Source of the DNA: Bryobacterales bacterium
GTDB taxonomy: Bacteria > Acidobacteriota > Terriglobia > Bryobacterales > UBA6623
Length of the DNA: 64,000 nt
Reading direction: 5' to 3'
NCBI GenBank assembly: GCA_965218555.1
Contig: OZ244625.1
Coordinates: 4,412,968-4,476,967 of the forward strand
Shown here: positions 46,250 through 54,958 of the stretch, one piece after another
How positions within the stretch are numbered: the stretch's first letter is position 1
Layout of the letters: every line of letters begins with the position of its first letter
Notes under the pieces: generated by a model
Database searches by the model: none
What the model saw: the letters and a program-made list of their open reading frames with translations, nothing else
Told to the model about the DNA's origin: nothing
Position numbers and translations under genes: made by a program

Positions 46250-46957
46250 TTAGCTCGTTTGGCTCTCGTAGGCCTTCGCACTTGGTGTTGCTCCGATTCG
46301 CAGTGCCGTTGCCTTCCACAGCGGTCCATGGCCTGCCTCGGGTCCCGCGATCGCGTGTGCGATCTCGTGCAGCACGGTGTCCCGAATCTGCTCATTGCTT
46401 CCCTCCAGGGCATGGGTGCGGCTGATCCGGATCACGCGGTCTCGGAAGTGACAGTCGCCGAGGCGCCTCTTGGCCTCGACGAACGCGAGGCTCCAGCCCC
46501 TGAGCCCATGCTCTTCCATCAGCCGCCGGGCCATTCCCGCAACGCCGTTCAGCCGCTCCACGCCGTTCCTTGCGTTTTCCCCTCCCGCCCTGTGGAGCAG
46601 ACCATAGGGGACGTTCCAGCATGTCTCTTCGCAGCGTACCTTCGCTCTCTTCGGGTTGAGCTTCACAATCTCGCCACGTCTCGGTCCGTCGGGGCTTGTG
46701 AACGTCACCTCGTCCCCCACGCGGTAGTCAGATCGCGCTTTGTCGTGCCGTGTGACTATCGTGGCTCGCCGCGCTCCTCCCGAGTGCTTCAACGCCGCCT
46801 CCAGGACTTTCCAGGTCCGCTCCTCGGTGTCGATTACCTTCGCGAAGCGGCGCCGTCCCTGCCGTTGGAGGAGATGACCGTGGATCGTTTCCCCCTTGTG
46901 AGTGAACTGTACGGCAGACCCGATGGATAGCGGGCGCTCCTCCTGCTGACCGGGCAT
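46250..46957 (-). CDS. SprT-like zinc metalloprotease with two N-terminal SH3/Tudor-like repeats
   Basis: 235-aa ORF with RBS AGGAGAAGG upstream. C-terminal RRLGDCHFRDRVIRISRTHAL...TVLHEIAHAI...HGPLW (HExxH) matches the SprT pattern. The N-terminus holds two similar ~45-aa segments (IGSAVQFTHKGETIHGHLL...; VGDEVTFTSPDGPRRGEIV...). Confidence 0.7.
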   Translation of the reverse strand: MPGQQEERPLSIGSAVQFTHKGETIHGHLLQRQGRRRFAKVIDTEERTWKVLEAALKHSGGARRATIVTRHDKARSDYRVGDEVTFTSPDGPRRGEIVKLNPKRAKVRCEETCWNVPYGLLHRAGGENARNGVERLNGVAGMARRLMEEHGLRGWSLAFVEAKRRLGDCHFRDRVIRISRTHALEGSNEQIRDTVLHEIAHAIAGPEAGHGPLWKATALRIGATPSAKAYESQTS

Positions 46958-46993
46958 TCGACCTTCTCCTCTGCCTATATCTGATGCTATGCC

Positions 46994-49772
46994 TCAGCCG
47001 TCGAGGATATCCTTCAACGTCTTGTCGGCTGGCGGTTCGTCCGCCCCAGTTATGAACTCCGGAGGGGTAAACAGGGGGTTGCCCGGCGACCACAGTTCCA
47101 GGCTTTCGGCGTGTTCTTCGAAATACTCCGGGTCGGTGGTCACTCGCAGTCGCTCGATCATGCCGGGGGCCAACAGTCCGTATTCTTGATGTCCCAAGGG
47201 CTGGACATCGGTCCCCGGCGGCATCACATCGGTTAACCGGATAATCCTGTCGAGATCCCGCATGGTGACAGAGGATGGCGCTCGCTCCGGCACGGCGAGG
47301 TCGCTCTCCGTCACCGCATCGATATCGAAACCTCGCTCCTTGGCTTCGTGCGCCTGCTGCTCGATCGTTTCCACGATACGGGTGCGCTCTGCGCCTTCGC
47401 GCCCTCGTCCCGACAACACGGCATCGGATATGGCGCGCGGCGCTCGCGCCAGAATCGGCTGCAAGCGGCCGACCACGGATTCGAAAAGGCCGATGCGGCT
47501 CCTGAGCGCCCGGTAAACGTCAGTTTCTACCGTGCCCTCGTAGTGCAGGTTGACGATTCGAATGATCCAATGCTGCTGGCCGAGGCGGTCGATGCGGCCG
47601 ATGCGCTGTTCCACCCGCATGGGGTTCCACGGCATGTCGTAGTTGATCAAGGCTCCGCAGAACTGGAAATTCAAACCCTCGGCGGCGGCGTCGGTGCACA
47701 GTAGAACGTCGGCTTCGCCCTCCCGGAACCGACGTTTGGCATCGTCACGCCCGATCCTGCGCCAGGAGCCGTCGGCGGAGGGTATTTCCCCGCCGCGTCC
47801 CGAGAAGCACATCAATCTATGATCGCCGGCCTTCAGAAGTTCTCCACGCAGGAAATCCATGGTGTCGGTGTACTGGGTGAAGACCATTGCTTGGCGGTAG
47901 TCGCCCTGGAGCAGCTCATGGAGGGCGCTCTTCAGGCTTGCGAGCTTGCTGTCCGGCGGCAGTCTGCCGATGCGGTCAAGCAGGTTTTCGACTTCGGCCT
48001 TCTCCTCGGCGGCGAGGGCCTTGCGCTCAAGCAGTGTCAACTCATCGGTATCCAGGACGTCATCCATGGTTTCATCGTCGGGTGCGTCTTCGTCCAGGTT
48101 CATCCATGGCGCCTTGTTATCGGAGGCAACAGTATCGAGATGCCTCTGGAGGGTCTTGCGCAGGGCGCTGAAACTGCTGGCGAGCCGGCGGCGATAGATG
48201 GTCATGACGAAACCCACCGCCGTGCGCTCGTCGAGGCTGGCCTGGTTGTAGGTGCTGGCGATGTAGTCCTCGACAGCTTCATAGAGCGCCCGCTCTTCGG
48301 CTGTCATCTCAAGGAAGCGGTCCTCGACCCGGCGGTCGGCAATCGGCGTGGTCAACATTCCCGCTTTGAAATATCCTCGCAATAACTTACGGGTGTGCCG
48401 CGAGACCAGCCTGCGGACTGGCGTGTGTGCCCTCATGATGGTGAGCGCCGCCCGGCGCTCTGTCGTTTCCAGTCTTCGGCGCGGGATGCCGGCAACGTCG
48501 CGCAATGCACGGAGGATCTTGTTGGCTTTCAGGCGCGACAGGTCGACGAGGCGTTGCGCCTGCTCGGTCTGAACCGTGCCGTAAGCGCGCTCGGCCGACT
48601 GAAACAGCCGGGCCATGCGATCCAACGCATCCGATGAGGGGTTCGGTTGCTCCAGGTCCTGGAAAAAGCCGAGAAACGCCTGGGCCGTCCACTCCGGCGG
48701 CAGGCCGAGCAGGTTCAGCAGGTCCCAAACCTCGATGGGATGAACCTGCATCGGCGTCGCTGTCAGCAATATCAAGCCTTGGGTGCGGTCCTTCAATCCT
48801 TGCATAAGCCTGAGGAGCAAGTTCGGTCCGCCTTCCTGCAGGCTTCCCGCGGCCCGCCGCCGGGCATGGTGGGCTTCGTCAAGCACCACCAGGTCCCATG
48901 GTTCGGCCCCCTCCAGCAGGGCCGCCGCGCGGTCACGCCGACGCATCAGGTGACTCGACGCAATCACCACGGGTTCACGATGCCAGCGATCGCGGTCGAC
49001 ATCGCGCTCGTTCCGCCCGCGCCATGCCGGCGAGGGATACCAGACCAGCTTCCGGCCGTCGTAGATCGGCCAGTTGAGATTGAACTTCTCGCGCAGCTCG
49101 ATCTGCCATTGTTGGAGGACGGCTTTGGGGGCCAAAACGAGGACCCGTTTCGCCCGCCCGGCAAGCCAGGCTTGGCGCAACAGCATGCCCGCCTGGATGG
49201 TCTTGCCGAGGCCGACCTCGTCGGCGATCAGAAGCTTCGGCGGCCAATCGCGGTTGAGGCGCTCAAAAGCCCTCACCTGATGGGGCCACGGGATGACCGC
49301 CGAGGTTGCTTCGCCTACGCGCTCACCCCCATGCGGGCGTGAAGGCGCATGTTGAATGAAAGACCAGACACGGCTTCTCAGATCGCCGGGTGGGAGTTCC
49401 GCCGGCTTTACGGATTCGATCGCCTCGCGCTCCGGCTTCTTCGGAGAAGGCTTTGCAGGCTTTTTGGGAGTCTCCTTGAGGCGGGAGGGCATGTCGCTTG
49501 ACGGCATGAAGCGCATCAAGTCCCGGCGCACGGCGGCGGGCACATCGAGCACGATCACGCGCTGCGACTTGCCGGCACACATTGGCGAGCAGGTTTTTGA
49601 GGCCCCTTGTGGGATAGGTATTGGCGAAGAAGCGTCCCGGATCGAGGTACTCCTCGTTTCCCTTGCCGACAATGACCTGGGCCAGATCCGCAGCGAAGTC
49701 GGCCTCGCTAATCGCTCCCTTGAGAACATCCGAGCGTGGCCGGCATGTCTCGAATATCGTCGGGATGGTCAT
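46994..49772 (-). pseudogene. SNF2-family helicase with DUF499-like N-terminal module; frameshift near 49570-49585 (or a sequencing error)
   Basis: Frame A from ATG 49772: MTIPTIFETCRPRSDVLKGAISEADFAADLAQVIVGKGNEEYLDPGRFFANTYPTRGLKNLLANV. Frame B continues AGKSQRVIVLDV... into SNF2 motifs ADEVGLGKT, VLDEAHHARR and the helicase-C motifs NYDMPWNPMRVEQRIGRIDRLGQ. The ATG overlaps the HTH gene stop (ATGA). Confidence 0.75.
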
Positions 49773-49981
49773 GGTTGCCGTCCCACCTGCTTTCCCGGGC
49801 CATCCGGCCCGACCGCGTTCGCTTCGGTCCATTGGTCGATCTCGCTTTTTCTGAACCGCCAGGAGCCACCCACCTTGAAACTCGGGATCTCTCTATTGGC
49901 AACCAACCGGTAAATAGTGCGGGCCTTCACCTTGAGGTATTCCGCTACCTCTCGCACGGTCATGACCTCGGTTTCGGTCAT
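49769..49981 (-). CDS. Excisionase-family helix-turn-helix DNA-binding protein
   Basis: Trimmed to ATG 49981: MTETEVMTVREVAEYLKVKARTIYRLVANREIPSFKVGGSWRFRKSEIDQW, the classic excisionase/MerR-like HTH pattern. Confidence 0.8.
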   Translation of the reverse strand: MTETEVMTVREVAEYLKVKARTIYRLVANREIPSFKVGGSWRFRKSEIDQWTEANAVGPDGPGKQVGRQP

Positions 49982-50101
49982 CGGCGCCCTGCCCTTTGAT
50001 GGATCAAGTCCGGAAAGACCAGCCTGTAGAATGTAACAAAATCGGCAAAGCAACGAGAGAGAAGTCAAAGCTTGCCGGAACCCACCAGCGGAAGAGTTCG
50101 A

Positions 50102-50117
50102 ACTCCCGCGCGGGAGT
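50102..50117 (-). terminator. Palindromic GC hairpin directly after the oxidoreductase stop codon
   Basis: ACTCCCGCGCGGGAGT, a perfect palindrome overlapping the stop (50117-50119). On the minus-strand RNA it is followed by UUCGAACUCUU. Confidence 0.5.
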
Positions 50118-51658
50118 CAGCGGCGCCAGCGCAGTAGGGCATCGAAGAGCTTCTTCACGCGCGGCGTAAGGCGCGTGCGGTTGTACGCGTCGGCCGCCTT
50201 CTTGATCACTTCCGCCTGGGTCGGATAGGGATGGATCGTCTTCGCGATCGTTCCGAGCCCCACCCCCGCCGTCATCGCAAGGGATATCTCCGAGATCATA
50301 TCCCCGGCATTGCGGGCCACAAGGCTTGCGCCAAGAATATGATCCGTGCCTTTCTTGACGTGAACCTTGAGGAAACCGTCGTCCTCACCCTCGAGAATGG
50401 CCCGGTCAACCGATGACATTGCGATGGTGAAAGTCTGAATCTCGATACCCTTCTTCGCGGCCTCATGGGGATAGAGGCCGACATGGGCGATCTCGGGGTC
50501 AGTGTACGTGCACCAGGGGATCGTGAGAGCGCTCGTGCGGCCGCGTCCGAAGAACAGCGCGTTGCCGATGATAAGCCGCGCCATCGCATCGGCCGTATGC
50601 GTGAACTTGTAAGGAAAGCAAATGTCGCCCGCCGCGTAGACGTTTCCGTTCGTCGTGCGGAGGAAGTCATCGACTTTGATGCCTGTCCGCTTGTCGTACT
50701 CGACGCCCGCCGTCTCCAAGCCCAGGCCGTCGACATTCGGCGCGCGTCCGGCGCCGACGATGATCTGGTCGACGCGCAACTCTTCTCGCCCGGCGGCGCC
50801 GTCGATCTCGAGAATCTTTTCCTCGTCCTCGCTACGCACGCCGGTGATCTTCGCGCTGCAGCGAATCTTGAGACCGTCTCGAAGCAAGGCCGCCTCGACA
50901 CGCAGGGCGGCGTCTTGATCTTCGCGGCTCAAAATGTGCGACGCCACCTCGAACAGAGTCACTTCCGACCCGAAGCGCGTGAACGCCTGCGACATTTCGC
51001 AACCGATCGGCCCTGCGCCAATAACGGCGATATGAGCCGGCAGCCTGGTCAGCGAGAACACCGTTTCGTTGGTCAAATACCCTGCCTCAGCCAATCCCGG
51101 GATCGGCGGGGCCGCCGCCCGCGCTCCGGTTGCAATACAGGCTTTCGAAAACACCAGTTTCTTACCGCCGACAGTGACCGTGTTGCGTCCGGTGAACTCT
51201 GCGCCGCCAATGAACACGTCGACACCCAGATCGCGAAACCGGGCGGCTGAATCGTGATGGCTGATGCCGGCGCGAAGCCGCCGCATGCGCTCCATGACCG
51301 CCGGGAAGTCCACAGTGAAGCCTCGGGGGACGTCCACTCCGAATTTGTGCGCGTCGCGCACGTCCGCGTAGGCGTGGGCGCAACGCAGTAGAGCCTTCGA
51401 CGGCACACATCCGACATTCAGACAATCGCCGCCCATCAGGGCGCGTTCGATGAGAGCGACCTTCGCTCCAAGGCCGGCCGCGCCCGCCGCCGTCACCAGG
51501 CCCGCGGTTCCTGCCCCGATCACGACCAAGTTGTAGCGGCCCGACGGCTTGGGGTTCACCCAGTTCGGCGGATGCACGTTCTGCACGAGCCGCTTGTTGT
51601 GTTCGTCCAGCGGCAGGGTCTGCGGTAATGTTTCAGCGATCGTCTTGAGTTCTGTCAT
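50117..51658 (-). CDS. FAD-dependent pyridine nucleotide-disulfide oxidoreductase (mercuric-reductase/dihydrolipoamide-dehydrogenase-like)
   Basis: 513-aa ORF. GAGTAG FAD motif and redox-active GGDCLNVGCVPSK. Confidence 0.85.
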   Translation of the reverse strand: MTELKTIAETLPQTLPLDEHNKRLVQNVHPPNWVNPKPSGRYNLVVIGAGTAGLVTAAGAAGLGAKVALIERALMGGDCLNVGCVPSKALLRCAHAYADVRDAHKFGVDVPRGFTVDFPAVMERMRRLRAGISHHDSAARFRDLGVDVFIGGAEFTGRNTVTVGGKKLVFSKACIATGARAAAPPIPGLAEAGYLTNETVFSLTRLPAHIAVIGAGPIGCEMSQAFTRFGSEVTLFEVASHILSREDQDAALRVEAALLRDGLKIRCSAKITGVRSEDEEKILEIDGAAGREELRVDQIIVGAGRAPNVDGLGLETAGVEYDKRTGIKVDDFLRTTNGNVYAAGDICFPYKFTHTADAMARLIIGNALFFGRGRTSALTIPWCTYTDPEIAHVGLYPHEAAKKGIEIQTFTIAMSSVDRAILEGEDDGFLKVHVKKGTDHILGASLVARNAGDMISEISLAMTAGVGLGTIAKTIHPYPTQAEVIKKAADAYNRTRLTPRVKKLFDALLRWRR

Positions 51659-51720
51659 CGGGCATCGGGAGAAGGGGAGAGAGCTGTGGAACAGCCCCGA
51701 AGGGCGAGGATGGCGCTGCT

Positions 51721-52971
51721 TCAGGTAGCGCCGGTCGCCAGGGGGCCGCGGTTGAGCGGCCCATCATCGTGCAGCCAGCGAATATTCGGCTCGGCGTCCG
51801 GGATATCCAGGATCGAGTTGACCGGACCATGGTCCAGTATCAGCCGCTGCGTGAAGGCATTGTATGAGTTGATCAACAAAGCGAGCTTTTCGTCACAACT
51901 CATTTGATCAAAAGGAACGTCCGCGATCGAACGAATGTACTTGTTCAGATTACCCGCGTCCGCGCGAACGCCGTCGTAGTCGCCCCAGCCTTCATCGTCG
52001 ACGTGATTTCGGAGCAGCGTGTCGAGGAGCGAGTGATCGGAGGTCGCCCCGTCGGCACTGGCTCCGTATGCCTCGTCGCGCACGACCGGCGGCGGCCCCA
52101 ACAGGCGTTCGAGGCTCGTCCGAACCTGGCCGGCATAGAGCGCCAAGGAGAACAACACCATTGCCACGACGGCTGTGGCGATCACGCTCCAGGGCATGCC
52201 CTGGGGTAGCGCTTGCTCAGAGGCTGCTGCTTCTTCTTGGGGTTGCTCAGCGGCGATGGCCGTCTGCTTTTTGATCGCGTTGTTGGCGAGGCGCGTGACG
52301 TAAACGGTGACCGCAATCGTCGCCAGCAAGCCCACCACCAACAGAGCCCATTGCCCGGCGGTCCTGCCGGTTCCACCGCCGACGGCCGCCGCGAGCCCCT
52401 GGCCTCCCAAATGCCCGAGGTAAACGTACATGAACGTTCCCGGCAGCATGAACAGCGCACTCGCCCCGACACAGGGCCAAAAACGAATCGCCGTCAGGCC
52501 GTACAGGTAGTTCTGCAGGTTGAACGGTACTGCGGGCGACAGGCGCAGCAGTGCGACAATCTTCCAGCCACCCTCTCCGATCGCCGAGTCGATCGCGCTG
52601 AACTTGGGGTTTCGCGAAGCGATCTCGGCCACCTTCCCGCGGGCCACGTAGCGAGCGATCAGGAACGACAGCGCCACCACCGTCGTTGCCGCAAGCCAAA
52701 CTGTCAGCGTTCCGACGGTCAGACCGAAGATGGCTCCGCCTGCCAGTGTCAACGCCGAAGCGGGTATAAGCAGCGTCGCGGCAATCGCATAGACTACGCC
52801 GAAAATCAGGGGTGCCCAAGCGCCCAGGTCAGAGATCCGACTCTGCAATGCCTGTACGCCGCTGTCCACCGGGAGGGCGCGCGCGAGCAGAATCACCGCC
52901 GCCACGATGAGGAGCAGCGAAACACCCCGGATGATGTTGGCGTATCGATGAATCGAACGGGAAAAGCTCAT
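51721..52971 (-). CDS. TVP38/TMEM64 (DedA-related) membrane protein fused to a truncated DUF547-like C-terminus
   Basis: Trimmed to ATG 52971 (MSFSRSIHRY...). TVP38 core (LLRLSPAVPFNLQNYLYGLT). The C-terminal EKLALLINSYNAFTQRLILDHGPVNSILDI resembles the start of DUF547 but ends about 40 aa into the domain. Confidence 0.75.
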   Translation of the reverse strand: MSFSRSIHRYANIIRGVSLLLIVAAVILLARALPVDSGVQALQSRISDLGAWAPLIFGVVYAIAATLLIPASALTLAGGAIFGLTVGTLTVWLAATTVVALSFLIARYVARGKVAEIASRNPKFSAIDSAIGEGGWKIVALLRLSPAVPFNLQNYLYGLTAIRFWPCVGASALFMLPGTFMYVYLGHLGGQGLAAAVGGGTGRTAGQWALLVVGLLATIAVTVYVTRLANNAIKKQTAIAAEQPQEEAAASEQALPQGMPWSVIATAVVAMVLFSLALYAGQVRTSLERLLGPPPVVRDEAYGASADGATSDHSLLDTLLRNHVDDEGWGDYDGVRADAGNLNKYIRSIADVPFDQMSCDEKLALLINSYNAFTQRLILDHGPVNSILDIPDAEPNIRWLHDDGPLNRGPLATGAT

Positions 52972-53230
52972 AACCGTGGTTGGCGGCCGACACTTCCAAG
53001 GATGATTGCTGCACCCAAGAAACGCAAGCGGCCTGTCAACGCAGTATAGAAAGTATCCCTGTTTGTGCAATCTAGAACGTTCCCCATTCTCAGCATGGGT
53101 TCATGTTGCGTTCGCCGCAGCGGAACGAGCCCGGAGGGCGACGGGAGCCGCGGCGAACGGCGCTCGTCGTGAGGCCGACCGAGAACGGCGGACGGTGCGC
53201 GAACACTGGCTCAGGGGCAATATGTTTGCC

Positions 53231-53277
53231 GAGCAATTCCGGGCAATTCCGGGCAATTCCGGGCAATTCTGGGCAGG
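53231..53277. repeat. 10-bp tandem repeat, about 4.6 copies (GGGCAATTCC)
   Basis: gagcaattcc gggcaattcc gggcaattcc gggcaattct gggcagg, read directly from the sequence. Confidence 0.9.
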
Positions 53278-53746
53278 CAAGTAGTGACTGGGCGGCAAGA
53301 AAGCCGCGCAATGCCGCGCGAACGTGCGCCGGGAAGCCGTGACTGGGCGGCGGGAGCGGCGGTCCGGGCTGGCCGGCGCTACAAAGAACAAACTTCGTCG
53401 CAGACGCATGGGTGTGATCTCACCTCCTCGATTTTTTCTCCGCTTTTTTCTTCGCGAGAGCCAGGATGCCCGCCTCGCTGTCCTCATGCTATGCAAGCCG
53501 GGGCGGCTAAACAAGACTGAAGGGCTTCAGTACCTCGAGCCGAAGGGGAACGTTCTGCTTGGCTCACCAGGGGAATGTCTCCCATTGCGCCGACAAAAAC
53601 GCAAGCGGCTCTGGCGGTTCCGTTCGAGCACTACGGACGCGAAGTTACCAACGCTAACGCACGGCCCATGCCAGATAAGGTGAGCCTATCGCGATCCCGC
53701 CGGGGTAGGGGTTGTTGTTGTCTTGGTTTGTGGGGAACGTAAGCGG

Positions 53747-54268
53747 TTACCAGATCGTCAGGGACACTTCGGTGTCGGGTTCGTCGACATGAACCATCAG
53801 CCCGGACGAGTGTTTCAGGGCGCTCAGCGCACCGGCTGCATCGAACCGTCCGTCCTCGAAGCTGTCGACAATACCCTGTAGCGTTCGCATCGCGAGACGT
53901 ACCTTCACCTCTTCGCGATCCGTTTGGACGTTGATTTCGATATCCGCGCCTGCCTTCCGGATCACGACCGTTTGGTCCCCTTCGCTGACTCGCACGAGCT
54001 CGACCTCGTCAGCGTCCTCCAACCCTTCCAAAAGGGCTTGCGCAAGCGGACGGTACTGCTCGATCTGCGCGGTGTCGGTGTCGAAGTGCTCTTCGTAGTC
54101 CGGGACGAACCACAGGGCGGCCTGCGCCAGCTCGATCGGCAGCGGCAGCCAGATCTTCATACCGTCGGGTCCGCGCTCATGGACCCGGACGACTACGAAG
54201 TGCAGGCTCGCCAGCAGCAGCAGGACAACGGCGACCGCGGCGAGCAGCGCTTGTTGCAGGCGACTCAT
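53747..54268 (-). CDS. Membrane-anchored protein, unknown family (paralogue 2)
   Basis: 173-aa ORF with an N-terminal TM helix. ATGA overlap with the upstream paralogue. Similar along its length to 54265..54834. Confidence 0.6.
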   Translation of the reverse strand: MSRLQQALLAAVAVVLLLLASLHFVVVRVHERGPDGMKIWLPLPIELAQAALWFVPDYEEHFDTDTAQIEQYRPLAQALLEGLEDADEVELVRVSEGDQTVVIRKAGADIEINVQTDREEVKVRLAMRTLQGIVDSFEDGRFDAAGALSALKHSSGLMVHVDEPDTEVSLTIW

Positions 54269-54834
54269 GACGATGAACCGCTCTCGTCAATCCAAATACG
54301 GACGTTCGTATCGCCGTCGATCACGCGGATGATGTCGCCGCGCTCGCTCCGGAGCCGGTCCAGCGCCCCCGCGATGTCGAGATCCTCGCCTTCTGCCGCA
54401 AACAGGGCGTCAACCACTTTGACGGGAATCTCGACCCGCACCTCGGCTTCCTTGCCGTCCTTGAAATCGTCGATCTTGATGAGCACCAGGTCGGCTTCGC
54501 GCACGATGCTGACGTACTGGTTGCCGTCTTCGACATTCACAAACTCGCTGTCGCCCGCATTCCGCAGCGCGGTCCACACCCGCCTCATATCCGCGATCGA
54601 GATGTCGGCGTTCATCAGCTTCACGCGGCCCTTCTCGACGATCTTCTCCGGCGCGACTTCCAGCGCCACGCCGACCACCGACAGGGGCAGGTTCACGCGG
54701 ATATTCTTGGGGCTGTCGGCTCCTTCCGTGACGTGAACGTGAATCCATGGCTTGGCTTCCTGAGCGGCGGCAGGCAGCACAGCGAGACAAAGCGAAGCAG
54801 CTACCGCTGCGTGGATACAAAGGCGTCTTTTCAT
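54265..54834 (-). CDS. Secreted protein, unknown family (paralogue 1)
   Basis: Trimmed to ATG 54834 (RBS GAGGA): MKRRLCIHAAVAASLCLAVLPAAAQE signal peptide. The C-terminal ...DIIRVIDGDTNVRIWID parallels ...LMVHVDEPDTEVSLTIW of the next gene. Confidence 0.6.
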   Translation of the reverse strand: MKRRLCIHAAVAASLCLAVLPAAAQEAKPWIHVHVTEGADSPKNIRVNLPLSVVGVALEVAPEKIVEKGRVKLMNADISIADMRRVWTALRNAGDSEFVNVEDGNQYVSIVREADLVLIKIDDFKDGKEAEVRVEIPVKVVDALFAAEGEDLDIAGALDRLRSERGDIIRVIDGDTNVRIWIDESGSSS

Positions 54835-54958
54835 TGCTGAAATCCTCACAACCGAATCGGGCACTTCGGTGTGCCTCGTCTCGGGTATACGGAAGAGATG
54901 CAGGAAAGTTCAGGGGTTTTCGGGGCGTCTTTTTGCCGTCGGAAGTGGCTTGCCTTTC

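Noticed and set aside
50094-50105. GAGTTCGAACTC palindrome resembling a tRNA T-arm, considered as an att-site remnant at the right border of the helicase cassette
   Set aside because: Only the TTCGAA core matches, and flanking bases do not form T or acceptor stems on either strand. It merges with the terminator palindrome of the oxidoreductase gene, and there is no integrase nearby.
53231-53277. Tandem 10-bp repeats, considered as a CRISPR array
   Set aside because: The units are contiguous with no spacers and far too short. No cas genes are present. No other CRISPR-like repeat-spacer structure was seen in the window.
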